DNA of 64,000 nt from the NCBI RefSeq assembly GCF_018350175.1, contig NC_058368.1, positions 136,526,001-136,590,000 of the forward strand, read 5' to 3'. Source of the DNA: Felis catus. Its lineage: Eukaryota. Below the pieces are notes generated by a model. That model worked only from the letters and a program-made list of their open reading frames with translations. It did no database searches and had not been told where the DNA came from. How positions within the stretch are numbered: the stretch's first letter is position 1; every line of letters begins with the position of its first letter. Positions 1 through 12,310 of this stretch are shown here, in pieces. The translations under genes and the position numbers were made by a program.

Positions 1-146
1 TTATTTTTCCTTCTCTTCCGCTACGGTCTTCTGTTAGGTTTCTCAAATTCCACAGATGAGTGACATCATAGGATACCTGTCTTTCTCTGACTGACTTATT
101 TCACTTAGCAGAAGACCCTCCAGTTCCATCCGGGTTGTTGCAAATG
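1..146 (-). mobile_element. L1 3' fragment (ORF2 C-terminus and 3'UTR), continues off the left edge
   Basis: Minus translation FATTRMELEGLLLSEISQSEKDRYPMMSLICGI matches the L1 ORF2 C-terminus, also seen in the 60431-61675 ORF. Confidence 0.9.
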
Positions 147-499
147 AGCCCAGACCCTTCGGCACGGCATTCTTTTGCTTCCAATGTCTGGCCCGGACCC
201 CGCCGATCTGGGCATTTTTTATCCCCCCCCCCCCAGCCTGTGCCCTTCTTCGATCAGGTGGGCCTGCTGGTTCCTCTTGGGGGCAGGGCCACTCCCACCT
301 TTGCTCCTGCTGTCCCTTCACCTAGGATGTCCTTTCTTCTTCTTCCCACTTAACTAACAATCTTACTCTGGCCTTCAGGCCCAGGTGCTACTCTTGTTGG
401 AAAGTTTGCCAAATAGTCTAGCCCACACTAGTGAGGGCGGTACTGGTGGGGATGGGGGTGGAGACGGGGGTGACAGATCGTTAAGGACTGACTGTGTCA

Positions 500-703
500 G
501 CCAGTATAGCGTTCTGGGTAAGATTGCTTCTAGTCAGTCTATCTGGATACACATTCTGGTTCTGTCGCCTATTAGCTGCTGACCTTGGGTAAATTATAGC
601 TTAGTGACTTGGTTTCCCACTTACATATTGGGGATAATAGTACCTTCCTCACAGTTAATCTATGTAACTGTACATGGTATATAATAAACATCATCAGAAT
701 GTT
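500..703 (+). mobile_element. MIR SINE, degenerate
   Basis: MIR core-like 'tagctgctgaccttgggtaaatt...ggggataatagtaccttcctca'. Confidence 0.7.
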
Positions 704-714
704 ATCCCTATATA

Positions 715-895
715 GTAATTCATGTATTTTATCTGTAATCTTTCAAACAGTCCATGAAGATGAGTGTTCTTCTTCCCATTTTGCAGATAAGGAACGTGAG
801 GCTCAGAAAGATTAAGGAACTGTTCAGTGTCACTCAGCTCCTATGTCGTGCGACTGGAATTTCGACTCTGGTCTGCCTAGCCCTACTGACCAATA
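715..895 (-). mobile_element. MIR SINE, degenerate
   Basis: 'cccattttgcagataaggaacgtgaggctcagaaagattaag' is the antisense MIR core. Confidence 0.75.
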
Positions 896-1299
896 CCTAT
901 CTTTAATTTCTACAGCACTTAAGGCTGTTGCCCTCAAGTTTAATGTTTGAACATCCCCAAATCCTTCTCCGCGTGCGTGCTTGTTTATCTCCTAAGCCAC
1001 TTGAGGGCAAGATTATTTCCTACACATTGTATAGCTGGACAATGATTGGTGGAAAGGTATCTGTGAACAAAGGACACAAATGATGAACTGTAGCAGACAG
1101 CTGTGCACAGCTACAGACCCCGCAGGATTCTCTCATTGGAAGGGCCTCGTCCTCTGCCTTCCTTCTGGTCCCCGTGGAGCCGTCCAACACTCAGTGAGTG
1201 TCCCCAGCCAGGGAGAGGATTCTGTCAGGGCCTCTGAGACATCCTTGCTGTCAGGGTCCTGGAGTTGCCCCGGGGCTGGCAAAGGTCACAGCTCCTGTC

Positions 1300-1525
1300 C
1301 AGGCCACCTGTTCCACATAGCTCTTTCCTTCTGGGTCAGCTAAGTGCTCCTTCTCCTCAGCCACATGAGTGTAGGGATGAAACAGCTCTGCAGCTACCAG
1401 CCTGGGGTACTGCACTGCCCCTGTGGTCTCCCTACCCCTGCCCACACCTTTGTAAATCATTCCTTTGTGATACCCTCCTCGAGTTAGCCTAATCTGACTG
1501 TTCCCTCGTGTCCTTATGGGGCCTA
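1300..1525 (+). mobile_element. Ancient ERVL-class LTR 3' fragment
   Basis: 'cctgcccacacctttgtaaatcattcc' resembles the 3' end of old ERVL LTRs; family not resolved. Confidence 0.45.
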
Positions 1526-1574
1526 AGTCCTTCAGGCCTCACAAACCTCCTCCTTCCCTCGAAACGTTCATTTA

Positions 1575-1732
1575 TGTTCATGGGCCAGGGCTGGGTCACA
1601 TGGTCACCTCCAGCTGCAAGGGAGGCGGGGAAAGCAGGAGGCCGGGAATCCTTGCTTCAAAGTTCCCTCGAGACCTCTATAAGGGAAGACAGCAAAGAGG
1701 AAGAATGTTGGGAACCAAAATATCTGCCACCA
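1575..1732 (-). mobile_element. MaLR LTR fragment (MLT1K/L-like)
   Basis: 'ctgggtcacatggtcacctccagctgcaagggaggcggggaaa...tctgccac' is typical of antisense MLT1 5' ends. Confidence 0.6.
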
Positions 1733-2291
1733 ACAATTAAGATGCGGAAAGAACTTTAAAAGCAAACAAAGACATCCAGGCCCAAGACAGTCTCCCGAGG
1801 GCCAGCTGCCTTGGCTCAGTGCTGCCCTCTTACGATTGGGAGGCCTGGAAAATCTGGTCGGGTCAGAATTTAAAGTTCACCTGCTCTGAGCCCATCCACG
1901 TTATTGAAGCCCACTTGTGACAGTCCTGCTATGTGGCCGTGCAAACTCAATTTGAAACTTAGAGGGACAGGAAGCTCACTACTCCAGAGCTGGACTTGTT
2001 AAAGAATGCTTTCTCACATAGAGCTCAAATATTCCCCCTGCTCCGCTCTGCCCTGTGTGGGGGCACACACAGGTCCCTTGTCGTCATGCCACCACTCACA
2101 TATGGGAAGGCCTGGCATCCCCTGCCGAGGGGGTTCTGCATCCTCAGTGTCTGTGGTTTCCTCTTACTCCTGCAATACCAAGCCCTTTGCAAAAGAAGCT
2201 TCAGCGTGGCTTCCCACCCCTCCCCCCATATAAAAGGTAAATTTCACTAATTTCCTCCAGAGTGTGTCAGGTTCCAAAACCAGAACCCCCA

Positions 2292-2544
2292 GGGTGCTTG
2301 GGTGGCTCAGTTGGAGGTCAGCTTCTGACTTCGGCTCAAGTCACCATCTCATGGTTCATGGGTTCAAGCCCCCCATTCGGCCCTGTGCTGACAGCTCAGA
2401 GCTTGGAGCCTGTTTTGCATTCTGTGTCTCCCTCTTTCTCTGCCCCTCCCCTGCTCACGGTCTGTCTGTCTGTCTCTCTCTCTCTCTGTAAAATAAACAT
2501 TAAAAAAAATTAAAGAAAAATTTATATATATATAAAAAAAAAAA
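2292..2544 (+). mobile_element. Carnivore SINEC (tRNA-derived)
   Basis: Head 'gggtgcttgggtggctcag', B-box 'ggttcaagcc', (CT)n, A-rich tail; diverged TSD aaaaccagaaccccca (2276-2291) / gaaaccagaattccca (2545-2560). Confidence 0.96.
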
Positions 2545-3559
2545 GAAACCAGAATTCCCACATTATTGCTGGCTCAGCAGTTATCCCTGCCATCATCTGC
2601 CTCTGGCCTGGGGAGATTCACCAGCACTGTGGGACAGAAAGGGCATTTTTCTGTCCAAAGCACTTCAACCTGCCTTTGCAGCTGCCTGTCTGTGTGTGCT
2701 GGCCAGTGATGGAGACGCCCGCTGATCTAATTCACAGACTGCCCTCACATTCTCTTAGCGAGGCCACTTGGTGGAGGGAGTGGATTCAAGAGTAGGAAGT
2801 GCCCGATTAATAGTGTGCAAGCAGGAATGGTGTTAATTAGGCATTTGAGTATTGCAGCATGCCCTCCCCCAATCTGTTTGCTCACATACGTTAACAACAC
2901 CTCACAGCCGCGGATCAAATGTTAACCCTTCGTGAATTTCTCCTGCATGATACAGGTCTAGGGAATCATTTTAAGATGGGGAGTGACGTTCTAATTGGAG
3001 GCATGGAAGCTTCTGACTGGGTGGGAAGAGAGTTACCCTGAGGATCAGGTCTACTGGAAGAGATGGGTGGGTAGTTAAGGAGAAAATTGAATTAGAAAGA
3101 GCCCAAAGTAAGGATCAAGCCGAAGGGATGTGGTAGGATGTTGGTACCTGGTCAGAGAAGCAGCCAGGAGCCTGGGGGGCAGGGTGGTGGTGGTGGTGGA
3201 GGAGGCACGGAGCTGTGGGGCTTCCCAGCCCGGGAAATAAGTCCTTGAACTCTGGGTCTGAGGAAGGGCATTTCTTCATGCTGAGCATGAAGCATCTTAC
3301 CTGAGCAGGTTGTTTCATGAAGGAGTCCCATGGACTCTGCTCAGTCTGAGCTCATGTAAGGTCTTTGATCTTGGGGAGCTCAAGCGCAATAGCCCTGATT
3401 GGAAGATAAAGCAACAGAAGCCAAGAAGAGCTAAGTGATGTGTGCAAGGCACATAGCTGACAAGTAAGGGAGCCAGACTCGAAGGCAGGTTTTCCAGTTC
3501 TGCCTCTGGGGCTCTCTCCATTGCCGAAAGCTGCTTCATTGTTACTTTGTTGTATTATT

Positions 3560-3790
3560 TACTCAGGAAATGTTTTAGGTCATTGGCTCATTCTTATAAA
3601 GGTCAACCATGTACCGGACATTGTGCTAGGAACCCTCCTCTCCCCACCCCAAGTTGTCCACGGTGTCAAAGGAAAGGCCGATAGAATAAATAGTTGCAAG
3701 TAAATGCAGTGTCAGAGTACTGGGGTCAGTTGTTTGTGTGCTGTGAGTAAAGAGGAAGGACCTGAGGTGAGGGATGGCTTCATGGAGAAG
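3560..3790 (-). mobile_element. L2 3' fragment
   Basis: 'ccatgtaccggacattgtgctagga...ggcttcatggagaagg' resembles the antisense L2 3' region. Confidence 0.5.
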
Positions 3791-3939
3791 GACCGATAAA
3801 AACATGTCATTTTCATAATTATCAAGCTTACATCCAATCTCATGTATGCCAAGCACTGGAAATAGTCCAACTTCCAAGCAAGGGGAAGCTAGGAGGGGGC
3901 ATCTGGCCCACCGGTGGAGACCATGATGGATGGGCTTTG

Positions 3940-4112
3940 ATTCAGACACACCTGTGTTTGAACTCCATCTCCACCACGTCCTGTCTGGATGACCTCGGAG
4001 GTAACATCTCCTCCTTGGTGAGGGGGAGCCAACGACCGCATTGACCGGCTGGGAGAACGCAATGAGAGAATGTAGGAGATGCATTTAGCATGGGGCACAC
4101 AGTAAACAGTCA
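3940..4112 (+). mobile_element. MIR SINE, degenerate
   Basis: 'cctgtgtttgaactccatctccacca...tgacctcgg...aatgagagaatgta...ggcacacagtaaa' follows the MIR layout. Confidence 0.55.
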
Positions 4113-7100
4113 TCACAGGCTTTGTGTTACCCTTGGCCCGTGTGAATTCCAGGTGATGCGATTCCAGCAGACGACGTGGCTGGAGGTAGGAATGATGACT
4201 TTGCCCCAGATGGCAGCCGGCCCTCCGTCTGAAGCAGTCAGAGGCCCCTCTCTGAATTCACAGAGTCGGAGAGCATTAGCCCACAGCCTCCCTAGGAAGA
4301 GCCTGCTGTTGAGAGAACAGCTGCTTCAGAAAACTCCGGTGTGCTTTCTCTCTCGCTCTGGGCCTGCAGTGTTAATTAGGAAGACTGCATGTGCGAACGC
4401 TTGGCTTTTCTTTTTTCTAATCTCTCAAAAAAGCTCTTTTGATCAGCACCATGAGTAGATGTGCAAGGTCTCGAGTCTTGCAAAGATGTGTGAAGAATAT
4501 GCAGGAGGTGCCGCCTCCTTTGACACCTGCCCCTGCACACCCTGGGAGGGAGCTTCAGAGCGTTTTGTCTTCTGTTCGTGGCTCCCAGATGGCCCCAGCG
4601 ACTGTTGCTTCCACTGAGAATAGCTTTCCTACTTCCTGCTCCCACCTGAGCCTGGGCCTAAGGAGTTGGTGCGAAATCAGAGAGGACAGGCCTCACTGGC
4701 CTTCTCAGAAGCAGAGGAGCGCGTGCCAATGAGCAGTGGCCAGACGGGCCTGATGACGTCTGGATCCACGGTGGCCTGGGCTCACGTGCCGGGCCTGGCG
4801 GTCTCCCCCATTCCTGAGCACTGCCCCTCAGCATGACCATGTGGGTGGCCTTCCTTTGGCAGAGGGGAGGTGGAGAGGTGGGTGGGGGGCCCTGCAGAGG
4901 GTGTGGGACAGAGGCCAGGGCAGCTGAGTGGTGTAAAGGGGTGTGGTGTTCTTTCCTCACCCCCATCAATGAACACCAACCACCTGTTATGACTGTCAGA
5001 CTCAGGCATGTGGCTGGTCCCTAGCTTTCTTCCCTCATCGCGCTTCAAAGCGAGATCAAGCGTTTTCTTGCATCTCTTAAAAAGGAAAATCACTCCACAA
5101 GGTGTTAGTGGGAAATGTAGACTTGACCAATGATTTATAGTGGGCCGTAGAGGGTCTCCGTTGCGTAGCAAACAGAATGTCATGAAAGAGAGAGACAGGA
5201 GGAAAGAGGGGGACGGGAGGGAAGGAGAGAGGGCAAGAAACCTCCATTCAAGTCTTGCTTTTCCCAAGTCTTACTTCCCAGTGTTTGGCCACAGGACTCC
5301 TCTCCTTCTCCATTCCTTCTACACAAAGCTGTGAATTTTCCCCTCAGTCCTTTCTGCTGCTCTGAGAACTTCCCGGACAACTTCTCTGTTGCCTCTGTCT
5401 GGTTTGGGCGCTTGGCTCGGGCCCTGTTCCTTCAGCTCGGGTCTCCTCCCTCATCCTGAGCTCAGCGAGTCCCCCACACTGACCCCGAGTAGCTCAAAAG
5501 CAGTGGGGCCCACAAATAACCAACGTTTCTGGTCACCGACAAAAGGAAATGAGAAACGGCACAGATCCCACTAAACCTTTCTCCCAGACCTCAGTCCTGT
5601 TCCGGCTTTCTCTGTGGCCCTCCAGTTCCCTCCCCCACTTTCTGGATTCCTGTCACGGTGACTTATGAATGACTCAGGACTCCTTTCTTTTCAATGCACA
5701 TGAACATTTCTACTTCCTAGGACCCAGAAGGTAGTATTCATGGTTGCATTTGGATTTATTTTTTGTTAGAAATTTTGGAGAGTCGTCCCTTCGGCACACA
5801 GATGAAAATCACCAAAAGGGACTCTAATCTGCCTTCCAAATAAATAGGGTGACAGTCTCACAAATGTAATGGAACTAATCACAGCAAATTAGCTTTTCTG
5901 GTACAAAACATTCTTTCAAAATGTGCTAGAGGCCTCGTGCTGTACAGATTCTCCCTTGGAGTGAAGCAAAAGACATGACTTACCTAGTCTGTTCCCTCTG
6001 TGCCCGGCTCAGTGACTGGCGCAGCACTAAGGGAATCAGGTATTAATCTTGCCGGAGGCAGGTATTAATGAGACCACCCCATCAAGGGAAAACACGCATG
6101 CCTTCCCACTCAGCACCAGCAGAGGCGGTCCTCCATGCGAGCCCTATGTACCTGTCACCCTCATGTCTTCAGGTGATGCTGCGATCCATTCCCAAACCCT
6201 CTCAGAGCTGTGCGGGTGGTTTGGGCAGGGGTGTGAGACGTGGGGTACAGTTTGCCAACGACATTCCCGCACGGGGATCTGTCAGCAATTCGCAGTGCGC
6301 TCTGACTGTGAAATGCTTGAAGTAGTCCATGGAAATTCAAGTTGAAACAAAAGGGGGTGTTGGCTGAAATTTTCAAGAGTTCTATTTTGTTTTCCTTTGG
6401 AGAAACTGCGGATCCAGTTTCTCATCAACGTGACAGGGCCAAAGCACATGCCCCACTTATTTCGGGGATTTACTGGAGATACACACATTTGTACTATAAT
6501 TCTATATGTTTGTATAATACATCTAAAATGTTATGACGTGTCTCTATAATATATGGGCCCATATATCTAATACACACAGAGACCCCTGCCTAATACATAC
6601 ATATCAAATGTCAATGACACTTGGTGTTAAGAAACATCCATCCTCTCCTCAGCTTTCTATATAGGTCCTTAAGAACGTGTTCGTGTCGTGGGACAAAAAA
6701 TAGAGAAGTTGGCAGGCTAAGGATCAAGCCCAAATTGCAGTTGCTTGGGGAAGAGGACAGCAGTATTGATTTCATGAAGGTTGAGCTGATTACAGCTGAG
6801 CAGTGTTCTTCCAACTTTTCCCCAGGTGGCGTTCTGAATTCCTCTTGCTACAGCTGTGGAACACCGAGTGCCTGACATGTGGGCTGTGGTCCCACCCGCC
6901 TCTCCACAGTGTGGGCCAGCATTCCCGTGCACCCAACTGAGCAAAGCGCCTCAGGCCGAAAAGGGGCAGAGATCTGTGATGGAGATGGCTCAGGGCAGGG
7001 ACTGGGGAGGCCTCCCTTTGTCTACGCTGCTTGCAAAACAGGGCGGCTCCCCCCCCACGTGACTCCCCTTCTTTAGGGCTGCTTCTCCTTGTGGGGTTAA

Positions 7101-7560
7101 TTACCCCAACCTGAATCTCAGGGAGGGTGAGTTAATTGCCAAACACTTTACAATTATGAGGAGCCCACGAGGTGCTTCACCACCATAAAACGCTACATCT
7201 AATTATTGTTCATAATCATAAAGGTTCAGAAGTGCCAAGGGCTCCCATGGCAACCTTAACTCTTCTCTTTTTCTCTCTCTCTCTCTCTTACACACACCCA
7301 CGGTGATAGACTATTTCATTACAGTATTAAATGCAGCGCATAAACCTGCCGTATTAGTGGGCAAATATTTATTTTTAAAGCTGAGATAAGTAGACAGTCT
7401 AGGGTAATGATTCTTCTTCTAAATGCTCCAGACAGTCACCGTCCTCAGTGTGATGACATACACAAGGCACGCAGAATATCAGCCAGTGCACCTTGCTTCG
7501 CCCACAACAGCAAAATCTTTGTAAGATACATGTCATGAGGAAGGACATGGAGTGTGACTT

Positions 7561-7751
7561 TATTTTTTAAATGTTTATTTGGTGGGGGAGGTTGTTGGGC
7601 AGGGAGAAAGGAAGAGATAGAGAATCCCAAGCAGGTTCTGCTCTGTCGGCATGGAGCCCCATGTGGGGTTTGATCTCACAAACCGCTAGATCATGACAGG
7701 AGCTGAAATCAAGAGCTGTACGCTTAACCTACCGAGCCACCCAGGCACCCC
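7561..7751 (-). mobile_element. Carnivore SINEC
   Basis: Antisense head 'gagccacccaggcacccc', T-rich tail at left; degenerate TSD agtgtgactt / tgtatgactt. Confidence 0.95.
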
Positions 7752-8374
7752 TGTATGACTTCATTTTTATGGTATTTCAGTAAGAGTAGCTCAGATTGAG
7801 AGTATCTTAAAAACACAGCAGATACACATCCCTAAACAAGCAACATAGGAAAATATAAACCACAGATCACTTGAAAGGCTGATTTACAGGGAGACGGTAG
7901 GATGTGTCCCAGAATGAAAACACGAGATTGTGAGACTTGACGAGTTTATCAAACTGTCTAAATGAAGATCAAAGTCCAGTATAAAATCAGTTTGACCCTC
8001 ATATATACCTGGCTTTGTGCACAGTAACGGCAGCATCAGTAGAAGGAAATCAAACTTACGTACGTGGACGTGCTTGAAAACCAGCCATGTGTCTAGTCTG
8101 GGATGTCTGCAATAGGAAGTTTCCTAAAGGGGTTGGCCTTGGGTCGTCTGGAAATGCTGCTGCCACGGAGGTCTCTGGTGGTTGCTCCACCGTTACCATT
8201 TGTTTGGGAGTGTAATGCTTGGTTCTGTCCTTATTAGCGGGGGGGAGGAGGGGGCACTGGTGGAATTTGGCTTTCTTCTGCATACCTGGAGCTTAGGGCT
8301 GCTTTCTAGGACTTTGCTTTTTGAAGAAGAGTAGCTGTGACTGCTGTGTTTCACTCAAGTTTGGAGAGAAGAAT

Positions 8375-8575
8375 GCTAGGTGTTTTCAGTCAAGTCTTCG
8401 TGTCTCTTACTACCTGTGTTGGGCAAGTTATTTGCCTCTTTGTGCCAAGTTTGTTCATTTGTAAACAGACATGATTACAGTGATACCTATCACTTGGGAT
8501 TGTTGTGGGAAATAAATGAGTTAATATGTAAAACAGTGCATGTGCTAGATAGTGCTGGCTATTATTATTGATATT
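8375..8575 (+). mobile_element. MIR SINE
   Basis: 'gggcaagttatttgcctctttgtgccaagtttgttcatttgtaaa...aaatgagttaatatgtaaa...gctattattatt'. Confidence 0.8.
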
Positions 8576-9374
8576 ATCGTCAGGTGGTTGTTTTGTACAG
8601 AAGTAGTGAAAGTGTTTCCTACTTAGAACTAAATAAAAACCTGTACTGGCTTTTAATTATAAACACAAAGAATCCAACCCAAGAGTGTTTGGCTGACAAA
8701 GTAGTCCATGAGCAGCCACAAGTCACGACCAAGTGCCTGAGGGGCCCAGGTAGGAATAAAGGGCGTTGCCGAAATGAGCAGTCTGCACGTACCGCTATGC
8801 TGATGCAGTGACAGCTGGGATAGTCATCCCATTTACGTCGTGTTCAAAGTGAAATCTTGGTTGCAAAATGAATACCAGAGGAGAAACACCAGTGTCTGGG
8901 ATGCGACAAAAATTCAGGAACAGATGATGATAGTAGAGCTCAGCAGTGAATAGGGTCAAAGAAGAAAAAGTAGGATATGAAGCTTCTTGGGCAGCTCTAC
9001 TTCGTGCCAGCCAAGGGATGTCCCCATCCTCATGCAATCTCTTGTGCTGATCAAAAGGAACAACTGTGAGGACTTCAGTGGCAGGATTGGGGTACACGTC
9101 TAGTAGGTTTTGAGTCATCAGTCAGCCTATTGTCTATACAATTATGGAGCCCTTGCTTCTTTTTCTGTTTCATCAAGAACTACAATGCAAAAGTTCCAAG
9201 GCCTGGGTAGGAGTGATAGGATCAGTGCTTTTTGCAAATGTGGAGACCAAGCTTGGAGTGATGGGGAGCCAGTGTGGGCAGTCCAGTTCAGTCTCTGGCC
9301 TCTTCCTCCAAGTAGATTGTGTATGAACACAATATGGAACTGATGGGAAGCATTTTAATGGGTTGAGTCACCTA

Positions 9375-9475
9375 CCCATTTATTCAACAAATATTTATTG
9401 AATATTTTCATATGCCAAACTCTGTACTGGGCTCTGAATTACAAGAATGCACAAGACAGACGTGTCCCTGGGCTG
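9375..9475 (-). mobile_element. L2 3' end
   Basis: 'catttattcaacaaatatttattgaat...tatgccaaactctgtactggg' is the antisense L2 terminus. Confidence 0.75.
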
Positions 9476-9916
9476 GTGACAGGCTGTTGGAGTATTGTTG
9501 GTAGGCATCATGGTAGCAGAGGCGGGCGCACAGACCACTTCTGAAGAGAAATAGAGATCCTGAGCTACCTACAGGGGTGTCTCCATAGAAAAGGAGACAA
9601 TTCAGATTTGGTGTTTATCTTATGCAGAATCAGTCAATTTTGGTGAAATCTCAGAGTTCTTTAAACCATAGGGCTAGTCCCATTCTATCCCATTTCGAAA
9701 CACAAGACAAGCTGAGTTATGCTGACTCCGGCAAAAGCTTCGCCTTTTATCTGTCATAGACTCTCAGGCCTTGGACAGGGCAACATACTGGCAGCCACAG
9801 GTGTAAATACAGGCCAGAACCTGGAGCTGAACAAAGGCTAGGAAGTCTCTTCCACTCCAGAGATCTCCCCAAGGAAGAGAAGAGACTGCGGAGCAGTATA
9901 AAGATGATTGGTATTT

Positions 9917-10118
9917 AACGTTTATTTATTTTTGGGACAGAGAGAGACAGAGCATGAACGGGGGAGGGGCAGAGAGAGAGGGAGACACAGAATCGGAAAC
10001 AGGCTCCAGGCTCTGAGCCATCAGCCCAGAGCCCGACGCGAGGCTCGAACTCCCGGACCGCGAGATCGTGACCTGGCTGACGTCCGACGCTTAACCGACT
10101 GCGCCACCCAGGCGCCCC
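9917..10118 (-). mobile_element. Young feline SINEC (SINEC_Fc-like) lacking a poly(A) tail
   Basis: Near-identical to copies at 13803 and 36354, CpGs retained; perfect flanking repeat aaagatgattggtattt(aa) at 9900 and 10119. Confidence 0.98.
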
Positions 10119-11229
10119 AAAGATGATTGGTATTTAAAGGCACATTTCAATTTAATATTTCTGAAGGGCCTCAAAGACATACGCAAAATGTTTGAAACAC
10201 ATAATAAAATCCATGATACATCTCCCCACTCCATCTCTCACCTTATACCACAATTCTTTGTCCACTTACCTTCCGGGAACATCTAAAGTTTAAAAATTGA
10301 GGTGAAACTAGTACTTCTAGCAATTCTATGATGGCTGGTACACCAAGTCATTTTTCTGCCAGACCAAGTAGAGGTCATTTATTTTGTACGCTCCTGACAA
10401 TTGCCAACCAAACGTTAGGGAGGTTCCTCAACCATGTTGCCCTGACCTTTATGATTTACTATACCTAAAGAATGTTTTGTTGTTTATATTAAGTTTAGGT
10501 AGGCTAAAAGTATTTTCTCCTACTGTGTAAAATCAGAAGGTAAATCCCAGTAGCAAGAGAAATCAAGAGAGTAATAGACTTAAAGGAGAATACCATTGAA
10601 AGAATCAAGACTTGTAATTCATACAGATTAAATCACTCATTAACTGCTTGGTCTGAAGAACCATCATATTGCTCCATATTTTAAGCATCTCTTAAATAAG
10701 ATTAATTTTTGGAATGACAGGGAATGCCACTCACAAGGGGAAAATAACAATTTACTTATCATCGTAGATTACTTATTACAAAGCATTTCATTGCAATTTA
10801 ATCTGGTGAGTCAGAATCTGCACCCAGAGATCAGTTATCACCATCCTAGTATGAAGCTCATTAACTGGGGGAGACGTGAAAGAGGCAAAGAGGATGGGGG
10901 GGGGGACCAGACCCACAGGAGACCCACAGGCTTTGTATAGGCCTGTCTGTGGATCCACTCTGGGCTGCCTGAGGAGCCTGCACTGGGGACAAGGCAGCCT
11001 TTTTACAATGTATTTAAGCAATAGCACTGTCCTTTGTGATCTTGGCTTCAATTTATACCACATTTATTTTCTGATTATAAAATAGATAGCATTCACTGAA
11101 AATATTTGGAAAATTTTTCAAAAGCATACAAGAGAAAATAGTAGCTTTTAAAGATGCACTGGAGACACACGCTGGTAACCTCTCGTTTTGTCTGATGTGT
11201 TTATACCTACAGTGTTTTCAAAGAGGGAC

Positions 11230-12310
11230 AGTGCTTGCTGGCAAGTGCAAAGGCCCTGTAATGGGAGTAGATTGGTGTGTCCAAGGAGAGCAAGGAGGCT
11301 AGTGTGGCTGGAGAAGAATAAGCGAGCTGTAACAGGGAGAAAGTTAGAAGAGGTCAGATACATGGGGACTGGAACTTACAGGCTCTTGTAGTCAGAGTAA
11401 CAATTTAGGGTTTTATTCTAAGTGAGGTAGGAGGCCAATGAGAGGTATGCATCAAGGGAGTGATATAATATGAATGATCTTCTAAAAGGCTCTATCTTCT
11501 TGGGAGAGGAGAGGAGGATAGTACAAGGACAGAAACATCAAGCCATTTCAGCAGTTCAGGCAAGAGATGATGCTGGCTCAGACAAAGATGAAACTGGCAG
11601 GGGTGGTAAAAAACCACAAAAACAAACAAACAGGTTAGATTCTGGATGTAATTTGAAAGTGGAGCCTACAGGATCACCAATAAATTGCATGTGGAGTGTA
11701 AGAGAAGGGGAAGGATGGTTCCTATATTTTTGTGTTAGGCACAAGAACAGAGCTGCCATTTACTGAGCAGGGGCAGATTAAAGTCAGGACAACAGGAACT
11801 TAGCTGTGGACACATCACATTTGAGATGTCACAAGACATCCAAGTGGAGGTGGCAAGTGGATTTATAACCCTGCAGTTTAGGGGTGATGTCTGGGCTATA
11901 GAATTAGATTTTGGAGTTGTCAACATGGAGATGGTATCTGAGGCCAGTAGGCTGAATGAGATCACCCAGGGAGTGAGTGTACATGGAGACGAGGAGAGAT
12001 CTGGGGACTGAGCCTGTAACATTTAGAGGATGACAAAGGAGCTCAAGAAGGAACAGTCGGGTGGGGAGGAGGAGAACCAAGAGGCTGGTGTTCCAGAGGT
12101 CAGTTGAAGAAAGGCTTTCAAGAAGGAGGCAGTAATCAACTACTAAGTGAAAACTGCTGATAGGGTCAGTAAGCTTTGCTGAGCAATGGCCACTGGATTT
12201 GGCAATGCTGAAGTAAGTCATCAGTGACCTTGACGAGAGCAGCTGCAGTGGAATATTGGGAGTGCAGGGGTTCACAAGGGGAATGGAAGACAGAAAGTGG
12301 AGACAACAGG
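11230..12310 (-). mobile_element. L2 element, ~1.1 kb fragment
   Basis: Collinear antisense L2 landmarks: 'gtgcaaaggccctg', 'ggctagtgtggctggag', 'ttgaaagtggagcctacagga', 'aatgagatcacccagggagtgagtgta', 'cactggatttggcaat', 'gtgaccttgacgagagcag'. Confidence 0.88.

Noticed and set aside
4203..4218. CTCF-like motif gccccagatggcagc (similar one near 6819)
   Set aside because: Mismatches at the 5' core; such matches are common and unsupported without ChIP or conservation data.
6413..6640. Possible hAT-Charlie MITE (degenerate cagtttctca / ttaagaaaca ends)
   Set aside because: Terminal repeats too degenerate to support without a profile search.
9908..10126. Recurring ORF ...FLGQRETEHERGRGRERGRHRIGNRLQ... 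(also at 36343 and 2364)
   Set aside because: Antisense translation of SINEC copies, not a gene family.
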